From Chromera velia (taxonomy: Eukaryota), in NCBI GenBank assembly GCA_018398765.1, contig JAHBMJ010000359.1, positions 1 to 48,635 on the forward strand: DNA of 48,635 nucleotides, read 5' to 3'. Position numbers and translations under genes: made by a program. Below the pieces are notes generated by a model, which saw nothing but the letters and a program-made list of their open reading frames with translations, searched no databases and had not been told where the DNA came from. Shown here in pieces: positions 37,701 to 48,288 of this stretch (position 1 is the stretch's first letter; every line of letters starts with the position of its first letter).

Positions 37701-38511
37701 TTGCTTCGGATGTGCATCTTTCTTCATGTCTGCATACTCTGTTTTCGTCCTTTCCCTTCTGGCAGAACACGGGAGAGGCCTTCGCAAAGCTGCACCCCGA
37801 CATCCCCACAGAGACGATGGACTCCACTGCAGAGATGGCATTCGGGGAGTGGGACAACATGATGGTCAGTCAGTCAGTCGGGCAATCAGACGATCTGTGT
37901 GAGTCTGGGCAGTTGGGTGAGAGGAGAGACGAGCAAACAGACGGAAGACATGCTTCGCTGCCTGAAGGACACTTCTGTGACGGTGTTTTGCCTCTTCGTC
38001 GTTTCCCACCGTGTTTCTGTTTTCTTCCAGAGGATTCACGAAGACAGACGTGTAGCCAAATAATGTGCGTCTCGCACTTATGGGACTCCGCACATTCCAT
38101 CGTCTCCTCACTTCGTGTGGTCACGCTTCTGTTTTTATTTCATCAATACCCACACATCGATCCACTGTTTGATGAACAGAAGTCATCATTGTCCCTCCCT
38201 CCCTCCCTCCCTCTCATGCAGGTGAAGGACGTGGACCCCGAGGACACCGCCCACCTGTTCTACCTGGACCAGAACAGCCTCGTGAAGGCCGACAAGCCCC
38301 ACGTGTTGACCTACGAGGGCAACAGAGAGATCCCGGCAGAGAACTTCGTGGACATGCTGATCCGAATGAAGGGCGCACTGCTGGCCATCAACGAGCACGA
38401 AAAGGTCAAAGGCAAAACCGACGCCAAGGTTCGTCTTCTATTCACACGCAAGGAAAGGAATGGAGAGGGACCCGTTGGTGTGTGTGATCAGCAGTTGGCG
38501 TGTTGCAGAGC

Positions 38512-38548
<37 letters not shown>

Positions 38549-38730
38549 GCAGGCAACAGGCACGCAATGCGACCGAAAAAGAGGCGCGGACAGAGGAGAG
38601 GAACACACCCAGAAGAATCACAGGGAGACAGACAAGCAGGGTGGAAGACAAGCCAGAGGCCCAAAAGTGAACGGAACAAAGCACAAGCTATTGCACACTT
38701 GCACTCCCGCAACACACGGACATGCATATG

Positions 38731-38800
<70 letters not shown>

Positions 38801-39151
38801 CAGAGGGAGAAGAAAAGAAGAGGAGAGGAGACGGAAGAGAGAGAAAGACGCACATGTGTGTACAAAAGGCCGAGATGTCGGCTTGCGTGTGCACGAAAGA
38901 GCTCTTTAGCGTCTCGACTCGTCGATTTCCTTTGCTTCCCGTGTTGCATATACCGTATCTTTTTTTCTGTGTCCTTTTCTTTTGTGTGTTGCCCCCTGTT
39001 GCAGGTTGCGATCTACGGCCACTCCATGGCGGGTGCGGCTCTATTGATTCTTGTTGGGAACGGCAAGCAGGACGAGCTGGGGCTGGGGTTCGACGGGTCC
39101 TTCATCATGGCCAACGCGACTCCCTGCTTCTTGAAGGCCAAAAAGCCGTGA
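36382..39151 (+). CDS. Histidine phosphatase superfamily (phosphoglycerate mutase-like) protein, 294 aa, 6 exons
   Basis: Exons 36382-36672, 36771-36821, 36984-37073, 37766-37864, 38222-38428, 39005-39151, all phase 0. Motifs YVRHGKT, LNEIGLQQA, SPLSRA, EMAFGEWD, IYGHS, NAT. Confidence 0.9.
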
Positions 39152-39798
39152 GAGGAAAGAGGAAGGAAGGAGGAAGAAACAGGAAAAATGGTTTCGCACA
39201 TGGCGGGTCTCAGGCGAGAGGAAACAAGAGGCGTGGAGGAAGTTTGGGAAGGTTTTTGGAGTGTTCAGGAAAAGTAGCTGTCGTCGATGCGTCACATTTT
39301 CATGGGGTTGCTCGGTAGGCAAAAAAAGAAGATGATAATTTTGTTCGTGAAGCATGACTTCAAATTATTAAATTTTTTGGGAAGTTGATGGCAAAGATGC
39401 ATGCAGAGGCTCGTGTACGGCTGTTCAAGTTTGGCAGTCACAGGTCCGACCCAGGCGCTCCGACTTGACCTCCGGGCATCGAAGCACGGTGAGTTTAGTC
39501 TCGATGGCACAGGAATTTCTTCACAAATCTGAGTCAGACTCCATGTGGCACAACATGCAACCATGATCAACCATGCATGCATTAATTGTAATTTAAAGCC
39601 GGTAGTGTAGCCGGTAGTTCTCTGGTAGCTTTAACTATACTAGCTTAGTACCTATGAGCTGAGCTTAGTTTTTTAACCGCTAGCAGCACTGATAGTTCAA
39701 GTAAAACATATTAAATTGTTTCTAAGATGTTATAAGCCTTCCTATATAAGTGTTTCAAAAAGTTGTATTAATTAAAACGTATCATAGATTGATGTTCA

Positions 39799-42700
39799 TA
39801 GTGACCAGGTTTGATTTGATTTGAGGCAGTGCTTAATTTCAAATCAAATCTGCACGTCTGATGGGGCTTGCTGAGGCTTGCTTTAATACCCCTATGGGGC
39901 CCTATCAAATTTATATCAAATCTGACTTTTAAACTGAAATCTTTACCCTGGGGGGCTCCACCCCCCAGACCCCCCATTTAGTGATTAGTGATTAGTGGTG
40001 TCCTAGAGCACTGTCGCCGTTTTGTCTTATAGAGGTCGCCCCCCTAGTCGCCCCTGCAAATGGCAGGGGGGTGTACCTCATCGCTGAGGCTCAGACTACA
40101 CCCTGTGGCCCGCCTGGTTTCCCAGGCCGCTAACAAACAACAATCTGTCTGCGCTTTGCATGCTTTGGTCTATGGGCTGCTCAGAAGGGACTGCTCCAAA
40201 AATCGATCCAATAACACAGGATGAAAGGACACTTTGGCTTTGTGTACGCCCTCTCTCCATTCTTCTCTCAGCAATTTCTCCTTCTCCCTCCCTTAGCTGT
40301 CTTCCTGCTTCCATTGCTTCCAGGATGGTCTTGTATTCTTCTTTTTTTCTTTCCATTCCTCCCTTTCTTTTTATGATCACTCCGTGTCTCTGTGCTAGCA
40401 CTGTTTCATCTAACGAGCTTCCAGGTGCGTACCTTCCTGAGCTTTCCTTGAACACTCTTCTTCTGAACGCCGCCCTCCCCAGAAACTCATCCATCGCACT
40501 ATGTATCACTATGCCCTTCGTTCATCAAGAATTTGAACAGAGCCTCAGTGTGCAGTCTTCCTCTTTGTCCTTCTCTTTTCTCTCTGCAAACTTCTCTTGT
40601 TTTCTTTTCTCTTCCCTCGTTCCAGTCTGCTCCTAATATTCTATACATGTGCGCTCTTTCTCTATCATAAATTGGATACTCAGTCAGCATATAGATCTTA
40701 TCCTCCAATACCTCTGTTTCCATCTATCCTTTGCAAAAAGGGCAGAGTCTCTCCTTCAACGGCACTCTCTGCCCTCCTCTTTCTGGAACTTTTCCCTTTG
40801 TTCCCACTAACGTCCTGTCTCCTACTCTACAGGCTGCTTTCCTTCTGTGTTCTCCTCTTGGTGCTACCCTTCCATAATAAAAGGGCACCCATCCCAATTT
40901 TTCTTTGAAATTCTCTACTTTCATTCCCTCTCTTAGTCTTTTTTCTGACGCCTTTTCAAATAAAATGAGCTGCAATCTGTTTCTATTTACTTTTGTTCGG
41001 TGTACATGTACTATATGAACTTTTCTGCCCTTTTCTCTCTCTCTTCTATCTCTCTCTCTCTCTCACTCCCCTCTCAATTCTCCACCTGAAGATTTCTTTC
41101 TTCCTCTCTTTTATTTCTTTATCTGTCTTGCTTACAATCTATCTTTCTATCCTATCTACTCTTTCATTCACTACGTGTGTCTCTATCTCTCCTGGCTAGC
41201 CTGCAAGCTTCTCTTTTGAAAAAGGATGAAGGCCTCTCTCTGTGAATAGTGTCTGTGTGCATTTCTTCAAGTGCAAAAAGAAGTGAAAGGGATGCAACTC
41301 TGTTCTTCTTCCCCTCTTCAGTTCATCCTCCACTCCTCCTCTCAAGCAATGAATGACAGCCTGCCCAATCGTCTCCTTCCTCTTTTCTTTTAGTGCCTTT
41401 CTTGCCCATCTGATCGTCTTCTCTGCCACTTCAATGTCAATTGGAAACATCCCCCCTTCTATCAATATAGTGTCTGCGCTTTTTATCTTTCTTAGCCCCA
41501 AGACCCACCTCACAAAGCGTCTTTATTTTTCGCCAAATTCTGCACAGGCCCTGTTTGTACATGGGTGTATCTTGCATCCATACATCCACACTGCACGCAC
41601 CGTCTGATTAAACAAATGAAAACATTCTATAGGCAGCACAGCTAGCTCTCTGACTAACTTTCCTATCAATCTTTGTATGTATCTCTCTGCTCTCACTCCT
41701 CTGTCTGCCATCATTACGTCGAGGTCGCAGTTTAAGGAAAGAACCAGACCCAAAAATGGCTGTGCTTTCTCTTCTTTCAGTACTATGCTGCCTATTCTGA
41801 TCTCTTCTATCTGCTTTTGCCTTCCAAACCTCAGTACTCTCGATTTATCAGAAAAGAGGAGACGGAGCGGCTCTGCATACTTCCTTAATCCCTCCAGCAG
41901 TTTGTTCAATTCTCTATCTGTTGTATCAAGCAAAGTCGTATTGTCTGCAAATAATATGGAGAAAAAATCTATCCACCTCCCATCCTCTCCGACCGGTACT
42001 TTCGGTCTTTCTCCTTATTCTCCTATTCTCCTTCTCCCAGCCCTCCCTTCCTTTCTTACTCTCTCTGACAGGTCGTGTATATATCCTTTAAAAAAAGTAG
42101 GCCCACTGGATCCCCCTTGTTTCGTCCCTATCTGCTCTAGATACCACTTTCCTGTCCCTTTCACTCTTACTCTTACTTTCTCACGATGCCAGGGCCCATC
42201 GGATTAACTCCTCTGAAACCCTTGCCTCTCTCAGTTGCTGCTTAAGCTTGCAATACCTGACTTCGTCAAAAGCTTAAGTGAAATCAACGAGGGCCACAAT
42301 CATAGAGAGATGGTAGGCAATCACAAACAAAAGAAGAAAGATGGCATCGCATGTTCCTGCTTTCTTTCTATATGTAAACTGCCATAGGTTCTGTCTTGCT
42401 TCTCTATCTACATTATTGCCGAGAATCGTGTCCCCCTATTTTGTGTCTACACATGCAAAGTGCACGTTTCTCTATCCCTCCATCTCTGCCTATGACTTGC
42501 CAGGCTTCGCCAATGCCGTCACCGGTAAATCATTCCATCCCTCTGGCCACCACGCATAATGAAAAGATGCATTGATCAAATCAGCATATACATTCACCAT
42601 CACTTAAGATTTTTTATGCAACCTGAGCAGACCCAAAGGCATTCCATCCTTTCCAGCAGCCTTCTTAGGATTCCCTGCTTTTTTTATTGCCTTCTTCACT

Positions 42701-44122
42701 TCCTTTTTGGTAGCTATCTTCATGTTCTTTTCTCTTACTGCTGTGCATCTTTTGCATTTTTCTTTCTTTTCTGTTTCTACTTCATCGTCTGGGAGCTTTG
42801 TTTATTTTTCCCATCCTTTCGCAACTTGTTCCATTATGAGACTGTCCTTCATCCTCCTCAGTTCTCTCTTCTTATTTTCTGTTCCTAGTCTCTTCCAGAC
42901 CCTCCAACATCCTCCTTCTCCTATTTCTTTCCTTATTCTTTGCATCTTTCTCATTGTTTCCTTGGATGCTTCCCTTTTCCCAATCTTGATCCTCTCTCTC
43001 TCTACCTCTTCTAGTTGTTTTCTTCTCTCTTCTTATTCTCTCTGCCATCTCTCTTCTTGCCCTCTTTCTGTCCCCTCGCCTTTCTTCTGTTTCAAGTTTT
43101 TCATTTTTTTCTGATTTTTCTTTCGAGTGCTCTTATTCTTCTTTACTCTGCCTTTCCTATTCTCACTGACTCATCGGCTTCTAAGACTTCTCCGTTCTTT
43201 TTTCTTTCCCTCTTCTTTTATTGCCTTAGTGCCCACCTGTATGTTTCTTCTCTTACCTGTTTCATTTTCTTGTATTCTCTTTCTAATGCTTCTTTCTCTA
43301 CAGTTTCTCCTTTCTTCCTACCATTTGCTTCTCGGAATACCTCCCCTATCTTCTTTATGGTAACTCTCTTGTCCAATTCCTCTATGAATTCTCTTTCCGT
43401 TCTTTGTGTGAAAGTCCCTTTCCATCTGGGTCTTATTCTATCCTCTTCTTTTTCTGTTTCTTTGAAGATTAGTCTTTTCCGTCCTTTCTTCTCTTTTTGT
43501 CCTCTCTTCTTTTCCTTCTCTTTTCTCTCTCCCTTCTTTTCCTTCTCTTCTTGTGATGGTTTCTTCTTTCCCTCTTTAAGGGTCAGTCTTAGATATGCAT
43601 AATCAAAAGGCGCACTCGTCAACATACACAATAAAAAGGATGCATAAGATAAAAGCAAACAATGAGTTACGCATACATAATCGATGAGGAATTCACCGTC
43701 CCCTGCACTCCGATAGGTGCACTAACCGTCAAAAGCAAAGTCGTGCTCCCTCCTTCCCTCTCTCTTTGAGTACACACTTTCTGAGGCCATTCAGTGGGAC
43801 CAGTTTGAGGTCTTCTTTTAGTTATTACAAAGGCGACTTTAACATAATAAATAAAAAAAATCTTAACAAAATAAAGTGTTCCATCAGTTTTACAAAAAAA
43901 ATGCTTCAAAGTTGCTTCAAATCGAATTATTTCTTCAAAAACAGTCAAAAACCTAAAATTGTGAGTTATTATTAGTAAAACTAGAAAAACTCGCATGTTA
44001 GAGAACCTATGAAGTTTAACCTCAAATCTAACCTCAAATCCGCCTAGATTTGCAAATCCAAAGCCTTGACCTCAAATCAAATCAAATCAAATTCAAATCT
44101 ATCAAATCAAACCTGGTCACTA
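39799..44122. mobile_element. hAT-type MITE (~0.5 kb of its own sequence) split by a nested LINE
   Basis: 22-bp TIR TAGTGACCAGGTTTGATTTGAT at both ends. Perfect 8-bp TSD GATGTTCA (39791-39798, 44123-44130). CAAAT subterminal repeats. Confidence 0.9.
39984..43786 (-). mobile_element. Decayed 5'-truncated APE-type LINE nested in the hAT MITE
   Basis: Minus-strand motifs: APE C-terminal TYRS...LIDYVCV...PFDY (~43595-43720), RT GTKQGGSSGP, FADN (41940-41951), PFLGLVL, WMYGC, RWVLGL. (CACTAAT)n tail near 39977-39997. Probable TSD CCATT(T/C)AGTG (39974-39983, 43787-43796). Confidence 0.85.
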
Positions 44123-44154
44123 GATGTTCAGGATGCATATATTAAAGTTTGTAT

Positions 44155-44400
44155 ATGATGATGATGATGATGTATCATGTATGGGGTTAAAGCCGGTGAG
44201 CCGTATAGACTCTGGCCAACCTAGAGCATCATACAGAGAGTTGAACTTTCGACTTTGGCCCCACTGGAGTAAATTGAATCGATGGGAGCCTAACAGGGGT
44301 GGGGCTCCACCTCTAAGCAAACAGGCTATAATAATCAAAGTTGCTCATACTTGTTCTAAGTTTTTCTATGCTATTAGGGCCGATGACGCCTTAACTAGTG
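44155..44400 (-). mobile_element. 3' end of another retroposon (LINE/SINE fragment)
   Basis: On the minus strand: hairpin GAGTC-TATAC-GGCTC, then GGCTTTAACCCC, then a (CAT)n tail, the same layout as the 3' end at 9480-9533. 5' boundary unknown. Confidence 0.5.
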
Positions 44401-44744
44401 CTTTAACTCCCCTACAAAAAGGCTATAGCAAAAAGGTTAAAAAATATGTTAGTCTGTCATAGATAAAAATATGTTTAGAAATATGTAAGAAACTAGGTAG
44501 TAGGTAAGAAATATGTTAAAAATACATTAAAAATTAATATGTTAGGAATATGTAAGCAATTAATGTTATAGAAATCTTAAATTATTTAATCTTTTTTTAA
44601 TGAGACACTGCATCTCGACCACTTTTCTTTTTTTCAAAAAATAGAATTCAATCTACTATGATTTCTCATTATTTGAAAATCGGGGGCCTGGGGCTGACGG
44701 CAAATTTAAGAAAGCGCTGTCCAAGCCCTGTGTCAATTGAGGAA

Positions 44745-46640
44745 TCACGTGGAGGGGGCACCCCAGGGGAAAGCCTCTGCCTCTGGGTCCCTCTTCACCG
44801 TCATCGTCGCCGCCTTGTCGAATGCTGTGTAGTTCATTTGCTCATCGACTTTCAGAAGAATAAGGGAGGGAATCCCACGAATCCCAAACTTCCCTGCAGC
44901 CATCCCTGCCTGTGCACTTCCGTGCTTGATGGCAATCCACGGCATTTCAGAGAAATACTCATTGAACTGTTCGGTGTTTCGGTCAAAGGATGCGAAAACA
45001 ATCTCGAAAGGTTCCCCCTCCCCCTTCAACTTTTCATATACCTTTGCGAGTTTCGGGGTGAACCCACGGCAAGGGGGGCACCAATGGGCAGAAAAGTACA
45101 GACCTACGACCTTGTTTTTCATCGACTGCAACGAGGGTGTGTCCCCTGATTTGCCCACAAACTCATCTCCGATCAAATCCTTCAACTGCCCGTCTCCCTT
45201 GCCGGAAGGCTGGGGTGGGGGGGCAGAGCCTTCGCTAGTGTGCAGAGAGGCACCCCAAGGGAATCGGGCTCCTTCGAGATCCCTACTGATGGTACTTCGC
45301 CCCTCTCTGTCAAACATTCGGTAGCTGCCCATCTTTGAGACTTCAAGCAGCACACAGGCAGGGATGCCTCTGATACCGAACGTCGCACTGATTTGCCCCT
45401 TTGTTGCCCTTTCTTCAAAAGGAAGGGCTTTCCAGGGCATGGACGAGAAGTACTCGTCAAACCCCGATTGGTTCTGGTCGCAACTCACGAAGATGACCTC
45501 AAACGGCTTTCCCCCCCCCTGAAGCTTTCTGTAGAGGTCTGCCAACTGAGGTGTGAAGGCACGACAAGGGGGGCACCAGTGGGCAGAAACGTACAGGGCG
45601 ACAACCTTCCCATGCATGCTGTCAACCTTGTAAAGCTTCCCACTGTTGTCAACCACTGCGTCCCCAACCAGATCCCCCAAAGTGCCCGACTGTGACGCTG
45701 CCTTCTCCTCTGGCGGCAGGCCGGTGTCACAGTCGACAGAGAGCCAGGAGGTCTCTCCGGAAGGGGACTTCATGGGGGTCTTTCCTTTCCTCACTGTATA
45801 CCTTCTGGGACCTTCTTTTGTCACACCCCCTGCTGCACCTTTCAATTCAATCACGTGTCTCTTTGCCTCCTCCAAACTCTCGTGAACGGAGTTGCTTCCG
45901 GCTGCGTAACAGCTAAGGTATGTGTCTGGGAGTTTTTTCCAACATCCGTCTTCCTTTTCCTCCTCTTGTTTCCCTCTGTCACTAGCTTTACTGTCAACCC
46001 GAGTGGGAGGCAGACCGTCCTTGTTTACTTTTTTGATTAACCAACTGACCTCTCCTGAGGCGGAGGGTTGGAGTGTCTTTCCCTTTCTGATCGAATACTT
46101 CGACCACTCTCGCGTCACCCCTCCGGCAACAGGGTAGAGCTGTGCTGCACGGATGAGTGCGTCGTCGAGATTTAAGTATTTGGCTCTATCTGCATAACCT
46201 CCCAGGAAACTGTCCTGCTTTCTCTCGAAAGTCCCTGCAGGCACCTCGACCGTTTCACCGGGACTCTCCGGCTTTATGGGATCTCCGTTGAAGATCCAGG
46301 AGACCTCACCTGAAGGGGAGGGACAGGGATTCTTCCCCCTCCTCAGGGTGTATCCTCGACACTCCTTCGTGATGCCTCCTGCCTTGATCTCAAGACATTT
46401 GGTCTGAGCGGAGGCGAGGGTCTGGTGAACTTTCCCTCCCTCTGCGTAGCACCCAAGATACATGCCTGGATACTCCCTCCACTCCCCGCCCTCACCAGAC
46501 TGAACCGCATTCACTGCGGGCTCTTCAACGACAATTGCCGACTCTTCATCAAGCTGCTGGGGCTCGACTGAAACGTTTGGTGCAGAGGGGACTGCAGGGA
46601 CAGTCGCGGCACTACGGTCAACGGAAGCGGAGCAACCCAT
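44745..46640 (-). CDS. Nucleoredoxin/tryparedoxin-like protein: N-acylation motif, three ~55-aa repeats, two WCPPC thioredoxin domains (631 aa, intronless)
   Basis: ATG at 46640 (MGCSASV). Two domains of the form LY(V/F)SAHWCPPCR(A/G)FTP...FE(V/I)(I/V)F.S.D...MPW.A...GIRGIP. Three repeats each ending SGE(V/T)SW. Confidence 0.9.
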   Translation of the reverse strand: MGCSASVDRSAATVPAVPSAPNVSVEPQQLDEESAIVVEEPAVNAVQSGEGGEWREYPGMYLGCYAEGGKVHQTLASAQTKCLEIKAGGITKECRGYTLRRGKNPCPSPSGEVSWIFNGDPIKPESPGETVEVPAGTFERKQDSFLGGYADRAKYLNLDDALIRAAQLYPVAGGVTREWSKYSIRKGKTLQPSASGEVSWLIKKVNKDGLPPTRVDSKASDRGKQEEEKEDGCWKKLPDTYLSCYAAGSNSVHESLEEAKRHVIELKGAAGGVTKEGPRRYTVRKGKTPMKSPSGETSWLSVDCDTGLPPEEKAASQSGTLGDLVGDAVVDNSGKLYKVDSMHGKVVALYVSAHWCPPCRAFTPQLADLYRKLQGGGKPFEVIFVSCDQNQSGFDEYFSSMPWKALPFEERATKGQISATFGIRGIPACVLLEVSKMGSYRMFDREGRSTISRDLEGARFPWGASLHTSEGSAPPPQPSGKGDGQLKDLIGDEFVGKSGDTPSLQSMKNKVVGLYFSAHWCPPCRGFTPKLAKVYEKLKGEGEPFEIVFASFDRNTEQFNEYFSEMPWIAIKHGSAQAGMAAGKFGIRGIPSLILLKVDEQMNYTAFDKAATMTVKRDPEAEAFPWGAPST

Positions 46641-46839
46641 TTGAATTCTCTGTCGACGAGGAGCAACTCTTTCTGGAAGGGAGCTGAAGTGGAAGGACTG
46701 TGGGCGATCTACTTGTGCGATTGAACAGCTGTGGGGACACACCTACTAGACAGATCGTAGGAGGCAATGGGGAAGAAGATCTTGCATGTTGGAACACAGC
46801 TAGCTAGTCTTTGTGTATATACGATCGATCGATATGTGA

Positions 46840-46940
46840 AATCATGCATGAGTGCACATGGTGCACATGCATGCATGCATGTTTTTGGAAATTAAATTTC
46901 TTCGCGCGGAACATGCATGCATGCGCGGAACATGCGCGCG
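46840..46940. promoter_or_regulatory. Cluster of CATGCA/TGCATGCA motifs in a divergent intergenic region
   Basis: ATGCATGCATGCATG near 46867-46881 and CATGCATGCATGCG near 46912-46925, about 200-300 bp upstream of the nucleoredoxin ATG. Confidence 0.4.
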
Positions 46941-47277
46941 TGTCACGACGAGAAGTCACGAGATCGAATTAAGTCGATCTTCGAGAAGGTTTTGGGATGT
47001 TTTGGGCCGAGTCTGAAAGCTCTTATTAATATATACGCGTTGTCTAACACAGGCTCAGTGACACTGAGCTTCAACATATCAAATAAACTGTGTAGCTTGT
47101 GACAGCCAGGTTGCTTGTTCAAGCTTCTTGGACTGGGGGATCGTTTGGCGGATATTGATCGACGCACTGAATAAGTAAAGTGCAGAACGTCAAACAACAG
47201 AGACTTGCTGCCCCCGTGATCCGGGGTCCTCTAGGGTCGCATCTGGGAAAGGATTCTGTCACTGCTTTGTTGATGCA

Positions 47278-47474
47278 ATGGGGGACTCTCAGGAGTGAGT
47301 TTGCGGGCCTTCTCGCGCACGGGACAGATTCGCGTCTCTTGTCTTTCTGATCGACGTTCTGTCCGAACACACTGACTGATCGACCCATTTCTTTCTTCGC
47401 CTGACTGCCTTTCTGCAGGCTCTCCCGAGAGGAGTTGATATCCAGAATTCTACAACTACAAGAGACGCTCGCAG
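47278..47474 (+). CDS. First two exons of an unknown gene (47278-47294, 47419-47474), continuing beyond
   Basis: ATG GGG GAC TCT CAG GA|GTGAGT ... TTCTGCAG|G CTC gives MGDSQELSREELISRILQLQETLA, an amphipathic helix, followed by donor G|GTGTGT and a long pyrimidine-rich intron. Confidence 0.5.
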
Positions 47475-47986
47475 GTGTGTGTCATCGCTTCTCTTTGCGA
47501 ATAATCCTGTTTCTTCTGCTGCTACTGTTCATTTGCTCTACGGTCCCACTGTGCTGTCTTTCTTCCCAGCTTTTCTAGTGTGTGTCTCTCGCTTGGGACC
47601 TCGATTCTCCCGGTCTCCCCGTAAGTCTCACCTTCGGCCTCTCTTGCCCTCTCTCCCCCACTCCCAGTCCCCCGTCCCCTCTCTCTGTGCCTGGGTCACT
47701 CACTGTCAGTCTTTCTGTCTTATCTACCTTTCCGTCTCCGTCTCTCCGTCTCCTCACCTCTCCACTTCTGGCTGATGCTCTGCACCGGCTTTCCTTTCCC
47801 GCTCTTTGCATTCTCTAGCCCCTCTTCCTTCAGTCTTCCATGATGTAGCTGCATGATCTCTCACTCTTTCGCCCCCCCGTTTTCTTCGGTGCTCTGTCCC
47901 CCCCTACTTCTTCCTCTGTCTGTCCGCTATGATCTCCTTTCTTTGATTCCTTGATTGCCGTCAACCGGTGCTGCTCCTCTCAGTCT

Positions 47987-48119
47987 TCTGTCTGTCTGTC
48001 TGTCTGTCTGTCTGTCCATGAAGAAAAGAAGGGAGAAGAAGAAACATATAGTCTGTCTGTCTTTCTTTTTGTCTGTTGTGTTCATGAAGAAAAGGAGGGA
48101 GAAGAAGAAGAAACATATA

Positions 48120-48150
<31 letters not shown>

Positions 48151-48164
48151 AGAAGAAACATATA

Positions 48165-48218
<54 letters not shown>

Positions 48219-48255
48219 GTTCATGAAGAAAAGAAAGCAGAAGAAGAAACATATA

Positions 48256-48287
<32 letters not shown>

Positions 48288-48288
48288 G
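47987..48288. repeat. Compound repeat: (TCTG)n tracts alternating with a CATGAAGAAAAG...GAAGAAACATATAG unit
   Basis: Four GAAGAAACATATAG copies separated by TCTG tracts. Confidence 0.9.

Noticed and set aside
37514..39151. 545-aa ORF as a single protein
   Set aside because: It reads through microsatellite-rich introns; only three segments are phosphatase exons.
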